Shown here in pieces: positions 55,409-64,000 of a stretch of 64,000 nucleotides of DNA (position 1 is the first letter of the stretch; the number at the start of each line of letters is the position of its first letter). Origin of the DNA: an uncultured Gemmatimonadales bacterium (GTDB lineage: Bacteria; Gemmatimonadota; Gemmatimonadetes; Longimicrobiales; Longimicrobiaceae); the NCBI GenBank assembly GCA_963716255.1, contig OY970303.1:6304001-6368000 (forward strand), in the 5' to 3' direction. Under the pieces are notes generated by a model. The model did no database searches. It had not been told where the DNA came from and worked only from the letters and a program-made list of their open reading frames with translations. The position numbers and the translations under genes were made by a program.

Positions 55409-55418
55409 GGAGGGCGCC

Positions 55419-56150
55419 GTGGAGTCGCTGAAAGGCACCCTCCGCTGGGCCTACGCGCTCACTGCGCTCGCCGCCTCCTCCGTGCTGGCGACGTTCTGGA
55501 TGATCTTCTTCTACGCGCCCACCGAGCGCGAGATGGGGATCGTGCAGCGCATCTACTACGTGCACGTCCCCTCCGCCTGGGTCGCCTTCCTGGCCTTCGG
55601 GATCGTGGCGCTCTGCTCCGTGGGCTACCTGTGGCTGCGCGACGACAAGCTGGACGCCGTCGCCGTCGCCGCGGCGGAGCTGGGGACGGTGTTCACCACC
55701 ATCGTCCTGCTCACCGGCCCACTCTGGGGGAAGATCGCCTGGGGCACCTGGTGGGTGTGGGAGCCGCGGCTCACGCTCACGCTGCTGCTGTGGTTCATCT
55801 ACGTGGGCTACTTCATGCTCCGCGGCGCCACCGAGAGCCCCGAGCGCGGCAAGCGCTTCGCAGCGGTGCTGGGGATCGTGGGCGCGGTGGACATCCCGCT
55901 GATCCACGTGAGCGTCAACTGGTTCCGCTCGCAGCACCCGCAGCCCGTGGTGCTGCGCCCCGAGGGCCCCGCCGCGGCCCCGGAGATCGTGCAGACGCTG
56001 CTGATGGGCTTCCTGGCCTTCACGCTCCTGTTCTTCGCCCTCCTGCTCTTCCGCTACGGCCTGGAGCGGCTGCGCGCCCGCGCCGAGGCGCTGCGCGTGC
56101 GCGACGAGCTGGACCGGCCCCTTTCCTCCTCCCAGGGAGTGCTTCGCTGA
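55419..56150 (+). CDS. ccmC: Heme exporter CcmC
   Basis: RIYYVHVPSAW, TGPLWGK..WGTWWVWEPRLT, SV.WFRSQHP. Confidence 0.95.
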   Translation: MESLKGTLRWAYALTALAASSVLATFWMIFFYAPTEREMGIVQRIYYVHVPSAWVAFLAFGIVALCSVGYLWLRDDKLDAVAVAAAELGTVFTTIVLLTGPLWGKIAWGTWWVWEPRLTLTLLLWFIYVGYFMLRGATESPERGKRFAAVLGIVGAVDIPLIHVSVNWFRSQHPQPVVLRPEGPAAAPEIVQTLLMGFLAFTLLFFALLLFRYGLERLRARAEALRVRDELDRPLSSSQGVLR

Positions 56151-56485
56151 TGCGGACCGTGCGTCTTTGTGCCGTCGCCTTCGTCCTCGCCCTGCTCGCC
56201 GCGATTCCCGCCGGCCTGCGCGCGCAGGAATCCTCGTCCGCCGCTCCCGCGTCCGCCGCGCAGGCGCCGGGCGGCGCCGCCGTCGACCCCTCGGCGTCGC
56301 TCGGGACGCGGACGGTGGAATCGTCGTCCGGGCTGCCGCAGCGCGCGGCGCCCCCGCGCACGCTCCGCGACTACACGCACGTGTTCGTGGCCTTCGCGCT
56401 GGCGTGGATCCTCCTCTTCGGCTACGTCGTCTCGCTGGGGCGGCGCTGGTCGGCGGTGGAGCGGGAGCTGGCCGCGCGGGCGTAG
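56150..56485 (+). CDS. CcmD-like protein with N-terminal signal peptide/extension
   Basis: Follows ccmC; C-terminal VFVAFALAWILLFGYVVSL.RR...ERE. Confidence 0.6.
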   Translation: MRTVRLCAVAFVLALLAAIPAGLRAQESSSAAPASAAQAPGGAAVDPSASLGTRTVESSSGLPQRAAPPRTLRDYTHVFVAFALAWILLFGYVVSLGRRWSAVERELAARA

Positions 56486-56713
56486 CGCCGCGGCGGCCTC
56501 CCCGCGGGGCCCGGGACGGACCGAAGCGGCGCGCCGGGTGGCGAAACATCCGGCGCGCCGTACATTTTCCGGGCTTCCGGACGGACGCGCGGCCCGATGC
56601 TTGCTGGCCCGGGGCCCCGTGTTTTCCGCTGGCGATCCGCGCGGCGGCCGGGCGTACGGCCGTCATCGCGGATCTTCGTGCAGTGCCGACTCCCCACCCC
56701 CTGGAGGTGCATG

Positions 56714-57331
56714 ATGGCAGGGTTCACGCTCCCCGACCTTCCCTACGACTACGCCGCGCTGGAGCCGCACGTCGACGAACAGACGATGCGCATCCACCAC
56801 GACAAGCACCACGCCACCTACGTCACCAACCTCAACGCCGCGCTGGAGAAGCACCCGGAGTTCGACGCCGGCAGCGACATCGACGCGCTGGTGCGCCGCA
56901 TCGACGAGGTGCCCGAGGACATCCGCGCCGCGGTGCGCAACAACGGCGGCGGCCACGCCAACCACTCCATGTTCTGGCAGGTCATGGGGCCGGGCGGCGG
57001 CGGCGAGCCCAGCGGCGCGCTCGCCGATGCCATAACCTCCGCGTTCGGCGACTTCGCCACGTTCAAGACCAGGTTCAACGACGCGGGGAAGACGCGCTTC
57101 GGGAGCGGGTGGGCGTGGCTCGTCGCCGGCAGCGGCGGGTTGGAGGTCAGCAGCACGCCCAACCAGGACTCGCCGCTGATGGAAGGGAAGACGCCCATCC
57201 TGGGGTGCGACGTGTGGGAGCACGCCTACTACCTCAAGTACCAGAACCGCCGGCCGGACTACCTGGAAGCCTGGTGGAACACGGTGAACTGGCAGGAGGT
57301 GTCGCGGCGCTTCGAGGCGGCCCGCGGGTAG
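56714..57331 (+). CDS. sodA: Superoxide dismutase (Mn-type signature)
   Basis: [33 protein letters not shown]. Confidence 0.95.
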   Translation: MAGFTLPDLPYDYAALEPHVDEQTMRIHHDKHHATYVTNLNAALEKHPEFDAGSDIDALVRRIDEVPEDIRAAVRNNGGGHANHSMFWQVMGPGGGGEPSGALADAITSAFGDFATFKTRFNDAGKTRFGSGWAWLVAGSGGLEVSSTPNQDSPLMEGKTPILGCDVWEHAYYLKYQNRRPDYLEAWWNTVNWQEVSRRFEAARG

Positions 57332-57358
57332 TTCTCTATCCGGATCGTCGGACGATTG

Positions 57359-57390
57359 CGCCCCGGTCGGAGCCTGCTCCGGCCGGGGCG
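57359..57390 (+). terminator. Hairpin after sodA
   Basis: cgccccggtcggagc/gctccggccggggcg followed by tcgtcttct. Confidence 0.55.
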
Positions 57391-57429
57391 TCGTCTTCTG
57401 CGGCTTTTACGGATGGGGACGGCGGGTTC

Positions 57430-57556
57430 GGGCGTGCCCCCGCTGGCGCGGGGTCGGGCTTCGGCTCCGTAACGCAGCAAACAACGCTGCGTAACGGAGT
57501 CGAGCCCCGGCAAACGGCCGCCGGGTCTCGCCCCTTCGGGCCGAAATCCCTCACGC
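57430..57556 (-). repeat. Structured repeat family A, copy 8
   Basis: Reverse complement of the scaffold; last hairpin shortened by one base in both arms. Confidence 0.95.
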
Positions 57557-57583
57557 GGGTCCCGCGCTGGCGTCCGCGGGAGG

Positions 57584-57637
57584 CCCCCACCCGGCTTGCT
57601 TGAGGCTCGCCACCCTCCCCCGTTCCGGGGGAGGGGG
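57584..57637 (+). repeat. REP-like family D copy
   Basis: Matches 41164-41216. Confidence 0.85.
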
Positions 57638-57658
57638 TCCCGTCGGGGACTGCGGCTC

Positions 57659-58864
57659 CTACTGCACCGTGAACGGCACCACGAACTCCGAGCGGTCCCA
57701 CGTGATCCGCAGCACGCCACCCCTCGCGCCGGCCGGCTCCGCGCGGATGGACAGGCGCTCCGCCGGCTCCGCCACCGTGGTCCGCCGCATCCGCACGCGC
57801 CCCAGGTCGCGGGCGGCGTCGTACGACGTGCCGTTCTGGCCGGTCTGGCGGTTGACGATCAGCCAGCCGCCCTCCGCCTCGGGCATGCTGAAGAGCGTGT
57901 ACTCGCCGGCGGGGACGGCCAGCGTGCCGCCGCGCGCGGGGTCGCCCAGCACCAGCGCGCGGTCGGTGGTGAAGTGCGTCGCGCGGTTGGCGCCGGTCCT
58001 CCAGAGCTGGCCCCACGCCACCACCGCGGGGAAGACGTCGCGCCCGCGCCGCACCGGGACGCCGTAGTCCAGCGCGATCTTCGCCCCTCCCACGGTGAAC
58101 TCCTCGCGGGCCCGGCCGGACAGCTCGCCCATCCCGCGCCCGGCCCGGTCCGCCTCCGCCCAGCGGCGCGCCGGCCCCTCCACGTCCACCCAGGGGACGC
58201 GCGTCACCACCACCTTGCGGGTGGTCCGCGCGGCGTCCAGCCCCAGCAGCCGCCCCGCCGCGTCGGTCCGCACGACGGACGGGCCGCGCAGGGGGTGCGT
58301 CAGCGTGATCTCGCCGGGCGCGGTGCGCGCCAGCGTGTACGCGAGCGGGCGGCCCCCGGCCAGGAACGGGCGCGTCGCGGTCCCCGTGGGCGGCACGTGC
58401 CGGAGCGCCAGCTCGAAGGGCCAGTGCACCAGGTCCACCCAGGGGAGCGCGTCGGGGCCCGCCTGCACCCGCGAGGCGCGCGTGGAGTCGCCCTCGGTCA
58501 CGCGCCGGGTCCAGCCGCTGTCGGCCGCCTCGATGATCTCCACCCGCCGCGGGGCGCCTCCGGGCGACACCGCGTCGACGATGCGCTCCTCGAAGCGGCG
58601 CATGCCGCCGGTGGGCGTCAGGTCGAGCGTGTAGCGCCGCAGCGAGGTGCTGGGCGAGCGGACGGCCGCCTCCGCCTGGATACGGCTGCCGGTGCGCACC
58701 CAGCGCTCCAGCGCGATGGTGTCGCGCCCCAGCACGGTCACCAGGGCGGCGCTGTCCGCCCGCGCCTGCGCGCCGGCGGGGATCGCCGAGGCGGCCAGCG
58801 CGGCGAGGAAGAACAGGACGCGGCCGGGGCCGCGGCGGGGTCGGGGGGCGGCGGGGCGGAGCAT
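57659..58864 (-). CDS. Secreted DUF2911-domain protein
   Basis: Signal peptide; LS.R, YG.P..RGR..F, WRTGAN.AT, VPAGEYTLF. Confidence 0.8.
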   Translation of the reverse strand: MLRPAAPRPRRGPGRVLFFLAALAASAIPAGAQARADSAALVTVLGRDTIALERWVRTGSRIQAEAAVRSPSTSLRRYTLDLTPTGGMRRFEERIVDAVSPGGAPRRVEIIEAADSGWTRRVTEGDSTRASRVQAGPDALPWVDLVHWPFELALRHVPPTGTATRPFLAGGRPLAYTLARTAPGEITLTHPLRGPSVVRTDAAGRLLGLDAARTTRKVVVTRVPWVDVEGPARRWAEADRAGRGMGELSGRAREEFTVGGAKIALDYGVPVRRGRDVFPAVVAWGQLWRTGANRATHFTTDRALVLGDPARGGTLAVPAGEYTLFSMPEAEGGWLIVNRQTGQNGTSYDAARDLGRVRMRRTTVAEPAERLSIRAEPAGARGGVLRITWDRSEFVVPFTVQ

Positions 58865-58937
58865 GGTCGTCGTCCGTTGCAGGGTGCGCGTCGCTCGGCT
58901 TCCGCGGACAACCTGCGCCGGGAGACGGGCGCGGCAC

Positions 58938-58971
58938 AAGCCCCGGCCGGGGAAGCTCCCGGCCGGGGCTT
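58938..58971 (-). terminator. Hairpin downstream of the propeller gene
   Basis: aagccccggccggg/cccggccggggctt. Confidence 0.55.
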
Positions 58972-58988
58972 CGTGTCCCGCGGCGCGC

Positions 58989-59987
58989 TCAGCCCACCCG
59001 CCTCCAGACGCGGATCTCCGGCATCGGGTTGGAGATCAGCACGGCCAGGCCGTTCGGCACCACCGTGATTCCCGAGACGCGGCGCGGGAGGAGGTACGAG
59101 CCCGCGTAGCGACCGGTCGCGAGCTCGTAGCGGTCCACGATCCGGCCCTTCAGCCGGGTCTTCCCCCCGTACAGCAGGTACGCGTAGCGGTCGTCCGCGC
59201 TCACCGACAGGGTGGCCGGGGTGGCGTCCAGCGACAGCCGGGTGACGACCCCGCCGCCCGGACCCTGCCACTCCAGCACCGAGGGAAAGGGGATCGGCTC
59301 CACGCCCGGTGTGGACCTCACCTGCCGGGTGGCTCCGTTCCACAGGACGAGGCGGTCCGCGTACAGGAACGTCATCACCGCCGCCCGCCCGGCGGGGGCC
59401 ACCGCCACCCGCCCATCCAGCGCCATGGGGTCCACGCTGCCCAGGGCGGCGGGGAGCCGCATGGTCGCGGCCAGCGTCCCCCGCTGGTCGAACCGGTACC
59501 CGAGGACGCCCTCCGCCCCCGCGCCGATCCCCCAGAACGTGCCGTCCTCCAGGGGGAGAACGCGTTGAAAGAGCGTCCGGGTGGAGATCATCTTCTCCAC
59601 CTTGCCGTCCGGGCGCAGAACCGTCACGCGATTGTTGGACGGGTCGTACACCCACAGGTTGCCGCTGCGGTCCACCTGAAGGTCCGTGGGGTTGGTGAAC
59701 TCGTTCGGGCCCTTGCCCCTGCGCCCCGCCGCCCAGGCCAGGCGCCCGGTCCAGTCGAACGCCTTGACGCGGGTGTCGCCGTAGTCCACCACGTACAGCA
59801 TCCGGCCGCGCGACGCGATCAGGAGCGGGTTCAGCAGCTCGGACTCCATGGCCGGCTGCACCCCGCCCACCTGCTCCCAGCGGCCGGGAAGGAAGCTGCG
59901 CTCCGCGGCCGGCGCCGGCGCGCCGCCGCCGCCGGGCAGAACGGAGAGCCACGAGGCCGCCAGCGCGAGGGCGAGTCTTGCGAGCAT
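58989..59987 (-). CDS. Secreted NHL/6-bladed beta-propeller protein
   Basis: Signal peptide; LYVVD..RVKAFD..G..GR.GKGPNEF.NP..L.VD..GNLWVYD..N.RV. Confidence 0.75.
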   Translation of the reverse strand: MLARLALALAASWLSVLPGGGGAPAPAAERSFLPGRWEQVGGVQPAMESELLNPLLIASRGRMLYVVDYGDTRVKAFDWTGRLAWAAGRRGKGPNEFTNPTDLQVDRSGNLWVYDPSNNRVTVLRPDGKVEKMISTRTLFQRVLPLEDGTFWGIGAGAEGVLGYRFDQRGTLAATMRLPAALGSVDPMALDGRVAVAPAGRAAVMTFLYADRLVLWNGATRQVRSTPGVEPIPFPSVLEWQGPGGGVVTRLSLDATPATLSVSADDRYAYLLYGGKTRLKGRIVDRYELATGRYAGSYLLPRRVSGITVVPNGLAVLISNPMPEIRVWRRVG

Positions 59988-59990
59988 GGG

Positions 59991-60458
59991 TCACTCCTCC
60001 CCGTTGAGGGTGCGGGTCACCAGGGCGTACAGGGGTTCCGGGTCGTGCGGGTCGCCCACGGGAACGTGGCGCCCCGCGCGGCTCACCAGGACGACGGGAA
60101 AGTCGATGCTCGCCCCGTCCACCGCCGCGCGCCACTCGCCGTCGCGGTCGAAGGTCACGGGAAAGCGGATCCCGAAGGCCCGGACCAGGCCGTCGGCCTC
60201 GCGCCGATCCACCGGCGGGGCGAGCATGACGCCGCGCAGCCGGGCGCCCGGCCGCGCGGCGACCCGGTTCATGGCGGCGACCGCGTCCGCCCCCAGCTTG
60301 CAGTCGCCCGGGTGGAAGACGAACAGCACCTCCGGCTTCGCATCCAGCTCCGCGATCAGCTCGGGGAGCGTCGCGGGCTGGCGGAGCCGCGCGTACGCGG
60401 GCGCGGCGAGCGCTGCCGCAAGGCAAGCCGCGAGCAGTGCGATTCGGGGTCGCTGCAT
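59991..60458 (-). CDS. Exported thioredoxin-fold-like protein (single Cys)
   Basis: N-terminal signal/TM; LFVFHPGDCKLG, FPV.FD..G, FPVVLVSRAG. Confidence 0.5.
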   Translation of the reverse strand: MQRPRIALLAACLAAALAAPAYARLRQPATLPELIAELDAKPEVLFVFHPGDCKLGADAVAAMNRVAARPGARLRGVMLAPPVDRREADGLVRAFGIRFPVTFDRDGEWRAAVDGASIDFPVVLVSRAGRHVPVGDPHDPEPLYALVTRTLNGEE

Positions 60459-60515
60459 GGGATCCTGCGGTCCAGGTTGTGGTCGTTCCGATCTCGGGTT
60501 CCGGCGGCGGTGCGG

Positions 60516-60812
60516 TCAGTGGCCCGATCGGGCATCCGACTCCGTCTCTTCGAGCGTGTCGGCGCTTCCGTCCCGGATGCGGGTGCTCCTGACCTCGTAG
60601 CAGGTGAGACGGGACCCGTCGGGGTAGGTGATCGTGACGCACAGGTCGGGGCCACCGGGGCCGCAGTTCCTGCACGGATCCGCCGGGTCGTCCGGGGACC
60701 GGACGATCTCCTCGGCGGAGGTCTGGGCTCTCCCGCCGGCGGCGAACACGGTCGCGCAGAGCGCGAGCACGCCGGCCGGCAGGAGCTTGTCGGTGCGGGT
60801 GGAAGACCGCAT
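60516..60812 (-). CDS. Small secreted 4-Cys peptide B
   Basis: RBS aaggtg; signal peptide; CRNCGPGGPDLCVTITYPDGSRLTCY. Confidence 0.75.
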   Translation of the reverse strand: MRSSTRTDKLLPAGVLALCATVFAAGGRAQTSAEEIVRSPDDPADPCRNCGPGGPDLCVTITYPDGSRLTCYEVRSTRIRDGSADTLEETESDARSGH

Positions 60813-60893
60813 GTCGCACCTTGATGAGGGAAGGTGGTTCGTCGAGCACCTGCGAATCACGGCCGATCCGGCGGCGCGGCGCGGTGTCGGCCG

Positions 60894-61175
60894 TCAGCCC
60901 TTGTCCGTCGCCTCCTCGTTGTCGGGGAGCGCGACGTCCACGGTATCCTTGTCGTCGATGGGCTTCGCCGTCTTGTAGCAGGTCAGCTTGGATCCGTCCC
61001 TGAAGGTGATCGTGAGGCAGAAGTCCGGGCCGCCCGGGCAGCCGTACCGGTCGGCGCACACGTCCGCGACGGCCGCGGAGGCCTGGGCGGTGTTGCCGGC
61101 GCTCGCCATCGCCACGCCGAATACCGCGAGGACGGCGACGAACAGGATCTTCTGGAGACGGTCGTTGAGTCGCAT
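60894..61175 (-). CDS. Small secreted 4-Cys peptide A
   Basis: RBS gaggtg; signal peptide; CADRYGCPGGPDFCLTITFRDGSKLTCY. Confidence 0.75.
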   Translation of the reverse strand: MRLNDRLQKILFVAVLAVFGVAMASAGNTAQASAAVADVCADRYGCPGGPDFCLTITFRDGSKLTCYKTAKPIDDKDTVDVALPDNEEATDKG

Positions 61176-61306
61176 GGTGCACCTCGTGAGTGGGGGGAAG
61201 AGGCACCGCGCCGCCGGTGTCGGGAATTTTGTCCTCCGGAGATCGGAGTCCTGGAGGCAATGTAAGGGGCGCGGCGCCGCGTCTCGATGTACCGCTCGCG
61301 CGATTT

Positions 61307-62161
61307 TCACCGTTCCGGCCAAGCTCCCGCCATGGCCGCCCCCATCCCCTCCCTTTCCGTCCAGCGGTCCAGCAGCCACTCCCACCCCAGCGTTCCCCGC
61401 AGCACCGACGGCCGGATCCCGAAGGCCGCGTGCACCTGCTTGCTGAGCGCCGCGGCATCCCCGAAGCCGCCCGTTCCCGCGATGCGGAGCAGCGGTTCGC
61501 CGGGGCGGCCCTGGATCTCCACGGCCGCGTACAGGGCGCGGGCCGCCTGGAGCCAGCGGTGGGGTGGGGGAAGCCTTTTCTTGCGGAACCGTGCGCGGAC
61601 GCTGCTCTCCGCCTCGCCGATGCATTCGAGCAGGGGGTGGATGCGGCTGAAGCGGGGCGCGAGGAGGAAGACCTGCCGGACGATGTGACCGAGCGCGGAG
61701 GAAGGCGCGAGCCCGCGCAGGTGCAGCCAGTCGCCGGCGTCCTCGCCCAGCTCCTCGCGCGAGGTGAGCACCGGGCGCAGCGCTTCGGCGATGGGCTGCC
61801 CCTCCAGGAGGAGCGCGCGGACGCGGAGTCGCCCGGCCCGGAGCGCCAGCTCCGCGATGCCCCGCTCCGGCGCTCCCGACCACCACAGGATCACGGTGGC
61901 GCGGTGGAAGAGGAGGCGCGCCCGGTGAACCGCGGGGCCCAGCAGCCGCCCATCCGCCGCGAGCGCCAGGACCGGCAGCGCCACGATGGAGCCGAGCTCC
62001 AGGTGGGCGGGGTGCAGCCGTCGCGCGGGCACCGGCAAAGGGAGGGAGCAGTAGGGCGGCCGCAGGTGCAGGAGGGGGATGTCGTCCCATTCGCTCCCCG
62101 CGGCCGGGAACGGCACCGGCGGACGGGTGGGGAGGTACGCGTGCCGGGCGGGGTGTTCCAT
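61307..62161 (-). CDS. AraC-like HTH transcriptional regulator
   Basis: RBS ggagg; C-terminal ESSVRARF....P..WL..AR..A..IA...GFGDAAALSKQV...FG.RPS. Confidence 0.65.
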   Translation of the reverse strand: MEHPARHAYLPTRPPVPFPAAGSEWDDIPLLHLRPPYCSLPLPVPARRLHPAHLELGSIVALPVLALAADGRLLGPAVHRARLLFHRATVILWWSGAPERGIAELALRAGRLRVRALLLEGQPIAEALRPVLTSREELGEDAGDWLHLRGLAPSSALGHIVRQVFLLAPRFSRIHPLLECIGEAESSVRARFRKKRLPPPHRWLQAARALYAAVEIQGRPGEPLLRIAGTGGFGDAAALSKQVHAAFGIRPSVLRGTLGWEWLLDRWTEREGMGAAMAGAWPER

Positions 62162-62203
62162 GCCGTCCTCCGCGATCGTGGAAGCGTGCCCACTATTTGG
62201 CGT

Positions 62204-62232
62204 ATTGTATATGTCACCTGGAAGACAGTAAA
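62204..62232 (-). promoter_or_regulatory. Candidate sigma70 promoter of the AraC-like gene
   Basis: Minus strand TTTACT-17 nt-TACAAT, ~43 nt upstream of the ATG. Confidence 0.6.
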
Positions 62233-62333
62233 GGAAACGTGTGGCGGCTGCGGGCTCGCCGCCTCCGGTCTCGCGCGGGGGAGGGCGCCGCGCTAGATTG
62301 GCGCCTTCCTTCCCGCTCCTTCCGCAGCCGCAC

Positions 62334-63404
62334 ATGACCATCGCCACGCCCGCCGCCGTCGCAGATCTCCGCTCGGACACCGTCACCCGTCCCTCGCCCG
62401 CCATGCGCCGGGCCATCGCCGAGGCCGAGGTGGGCGACGCCGTGCTCGGCGACGACCCCACCGTGAACGAGCTGGAGGCGTACGCCGCCGAGCTGCTGGG
62501 CAAGGAGCGCGCGCTCTTCTTTCCCAGCGGGATCATGGCCAACCAGGCGGCGCTCCTCGCCCTTGGCCAGCCGGGGACCGAGGCGCTGATCGACGGGCGC
62601 GGCCACATCTTCGACTGGGAGGAGGCCGCGGCCGCGGCGCTCGGCGGGATCCAGCTCCGCCCCGTCGCCACGCCGGACGGGCTGCTCACCCCCGCGCTGG
62701 TCGCCGAGCACGTGCCCCCGCCCACGCGGTGGGCCACCCGCACCTCCGTGGTCTGCCTGGAGAACACCCACAACGCCGCCGGCGGCAGAGTGCTGCCCCT
62801 GGAGCAGGCGGAAGCCGTGGCGGCGGTGGCGCGGGAGCGGGGCGCGCGGGTGCACCTGGACGGGGCGCGGCTCCCCAACGCGGCGGTGGCGGGCGGGCGG
62901 TCGCTCAAGGAGCTGGCCGCACCGGCCGATACCGTGATGGTGGCACTCTCCAAGGGGCTCGGCGCGCCGGTGGGCTCGGTGCTGGCCGGGGCGGAGGACG
63001 TGATGGAGCTCGCCTGGCGGGCGCGGCGGCGGCTGGGCGGGGGGATGCGGCAGGCGGGGATCCTCGCCGCGGCGGCGCTCTACGGGCTGCGCCACAACTT
63101 CGCCCTGCTGGCGGACGACCACCGGCGGGCGCGGGAGGTGGCGGCGCACGCGGCGCGGGTGCCGGGACTGGCCGCGGACGTGCCGGACACCAACATCGTC
63201 ATGGTGCGCGTGGAGGACGAGCGGCTGGATCCCGAGGCGCTGCTCGCCGCGCTGGAAAGGCGGGGCGTGCGCATGACCCGCTTCGGGGCGCGGCGGCTGC
63301 GCGCGGTCACCCACCTGGACGTGGACGACGCCGCCGTCCGGCGCGCGGGGGAGGCGCTGGAGGGCGCCGCGGCGGAGCTCCGCGGCGATGGCGCAAATGC
63401 TTGA
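62334..63404 (+). CDS. ltaE: Low-specificity L-threonine aldolase
   Basis: [51 protein letters not shown]. Confidence 0.9.
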   Translation: MTIATPAAVADLRSDTVTRPSPAMRRAIAEAEVGDAVLGDDPTVNELEAYAAELLGKERALFFPSGIMANQAALLALGQPGTEALIDGRGHIFDWEEAAAAALGGIQLRPVATPDGLLTPALVAEHVPPPTRWATRTSVVCLENTHNAAGGRVLPLEQAEAVAAVARERGARVHLDGARLPNAAVAGGRSLKELAAPADTVMVALSKGLGAPVGSVLAGAEDVMELAWRARRRLGGGMRQAGILAAAALYGLRHNFALLADDHRRAREVAAHAARVPGLAADVPDTNIVMVRVEDERLDPEALLAALERRGVRMTRFGARRLRAVTHLDVDDAAVRRAGEALEGAAAELRGDGANA

Positions 63405-63559
63405 AAATCGTTAAATTAAGCGGTGTTCGTGGACGGCGTCGTGGACGGTCCCGAACCGTCCCCCTTTCGCTTTTCTTTCGGGAACCGCATATTGTTGCCG
63501 GGGTACAGAACCATGCTCCGGGCGACGAGAGTGAACGCGACAATTTGACGAGGAAAAGC

Positions 63560-64000
63560 ATGGCTACAGTCGAGATCAGCGACAAGAAGAGCGAAGACAA
63601 GAAAAAGGCTCTGAGCGTCGCCATCGGGCAGATCGAGAAGTCCTTCGGCAAGGGCGCGATCATGCGCATGGGGATCAACGGCCCCAAGGTGGTGGTCGAC
63701 GCGATCCCGACGGGGGCCATCAACCTGGACGCCGCCATCGGCATCGGCGGCATCCCGCGCGGACGCATCACCGAGATCTACGGGCCCGAGTCGTCGGGAA
63801 AGACGACGCTCTGTCTCCACGTCATCGCCAACGTCCAGAAGACGGGCGGCGTGGCGGCCTTCGTGGACGCGGAGCACGCCCTGGACATCGAGTACGCGCG
63901 CAAGCTGGGCGTGGACGTGGACAACCTCCTCGTTTCCCAGCCCGACACCGGCGAGCAGGCGCTGGAGATCACCGAGGTGCTGGTCCGCTCCAGCGCCGTG
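63560..64000 (+). CDS. recA: Recombinase RecA (3' truncated; absent from the ORF track)
   Basis: [54 protein letters not shown]. Confidence 0.97.
   Translation, partial: MATVEISDKKSEDKKKALSVAIGQIEKSFGKGAIMRMGINGPKVVVDAIPTGAINLDAAIGIGGIPRGRITEIYGPESSGKTTLCLHVIANVQKTGGVAAFVDAEHALDIEYARKLGVDVDNLLVSQPDTGEQALEITEVLVRSSAV

Noticed and set aside
57659..58864. DUF2911 gene as part of the Cys-peptide cassette
   Set aside because: Separated by a strong hairpin at 58938-58971; common stand-alone family
63405..63559. LexA/SOS box upstream of recA (several GAAC words, cgtggacgg direct repeat)
   Set aside because: No clean match to GAAC-N4-GTTC, CTGT-N8-ACAG or GTTC-N7-GTTC; the lineage motif is unknown to me

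Overview
Very GC-rich bacterial chromosomal window; gene style suggests Gemmatimonadota/Longimicrobium-like (inference only). Contents in order: (1) end of an APC-type permease, a lipoprotein, a B12-binding radical SAM enzyme, a DUF5715-type lipoprotein and a lipoprotein nuclease; (2) a complete type VI secretion cluster, 6550-27497 (tssH-vgrG-MORN/YwqK-like-DUF4280-SPOR-tssJKLMABC-hcp-tssEFG), followed by a two-domain Bd3614-like deaminase; (3) an orphan two-module NRPS (C-A-MT-T-C-A-T, no TE) downstream of a flavin amino-acid oxidase / ThDP keto-acid decarboxylase pair; (4) housekeeping genes (nnrD, histidine phosphatase, dtd, maf, glpK); (5) an S8 protease with a stand-alone copy of its prodomain; (6) a Cys-type ccm operon and sodA; (7) an AraC-like regulator, two paralogous 4-Cys secreted peptides, a thioredoxin-like protein and a beta-propeller; (8) ltaE and the 5' end of recA. 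The strongest unexplained signal is non-coding: eight copies of a ~130-bp multibranched element whose stems change sequence between copies while staying base-paired, with conserved loops and mismatches. Three related repeat modules accompany it. Three single-base frameshifts in homopolymer runs suggest long-read indel errors. All family assignments are motif recognition by eye, not database results.
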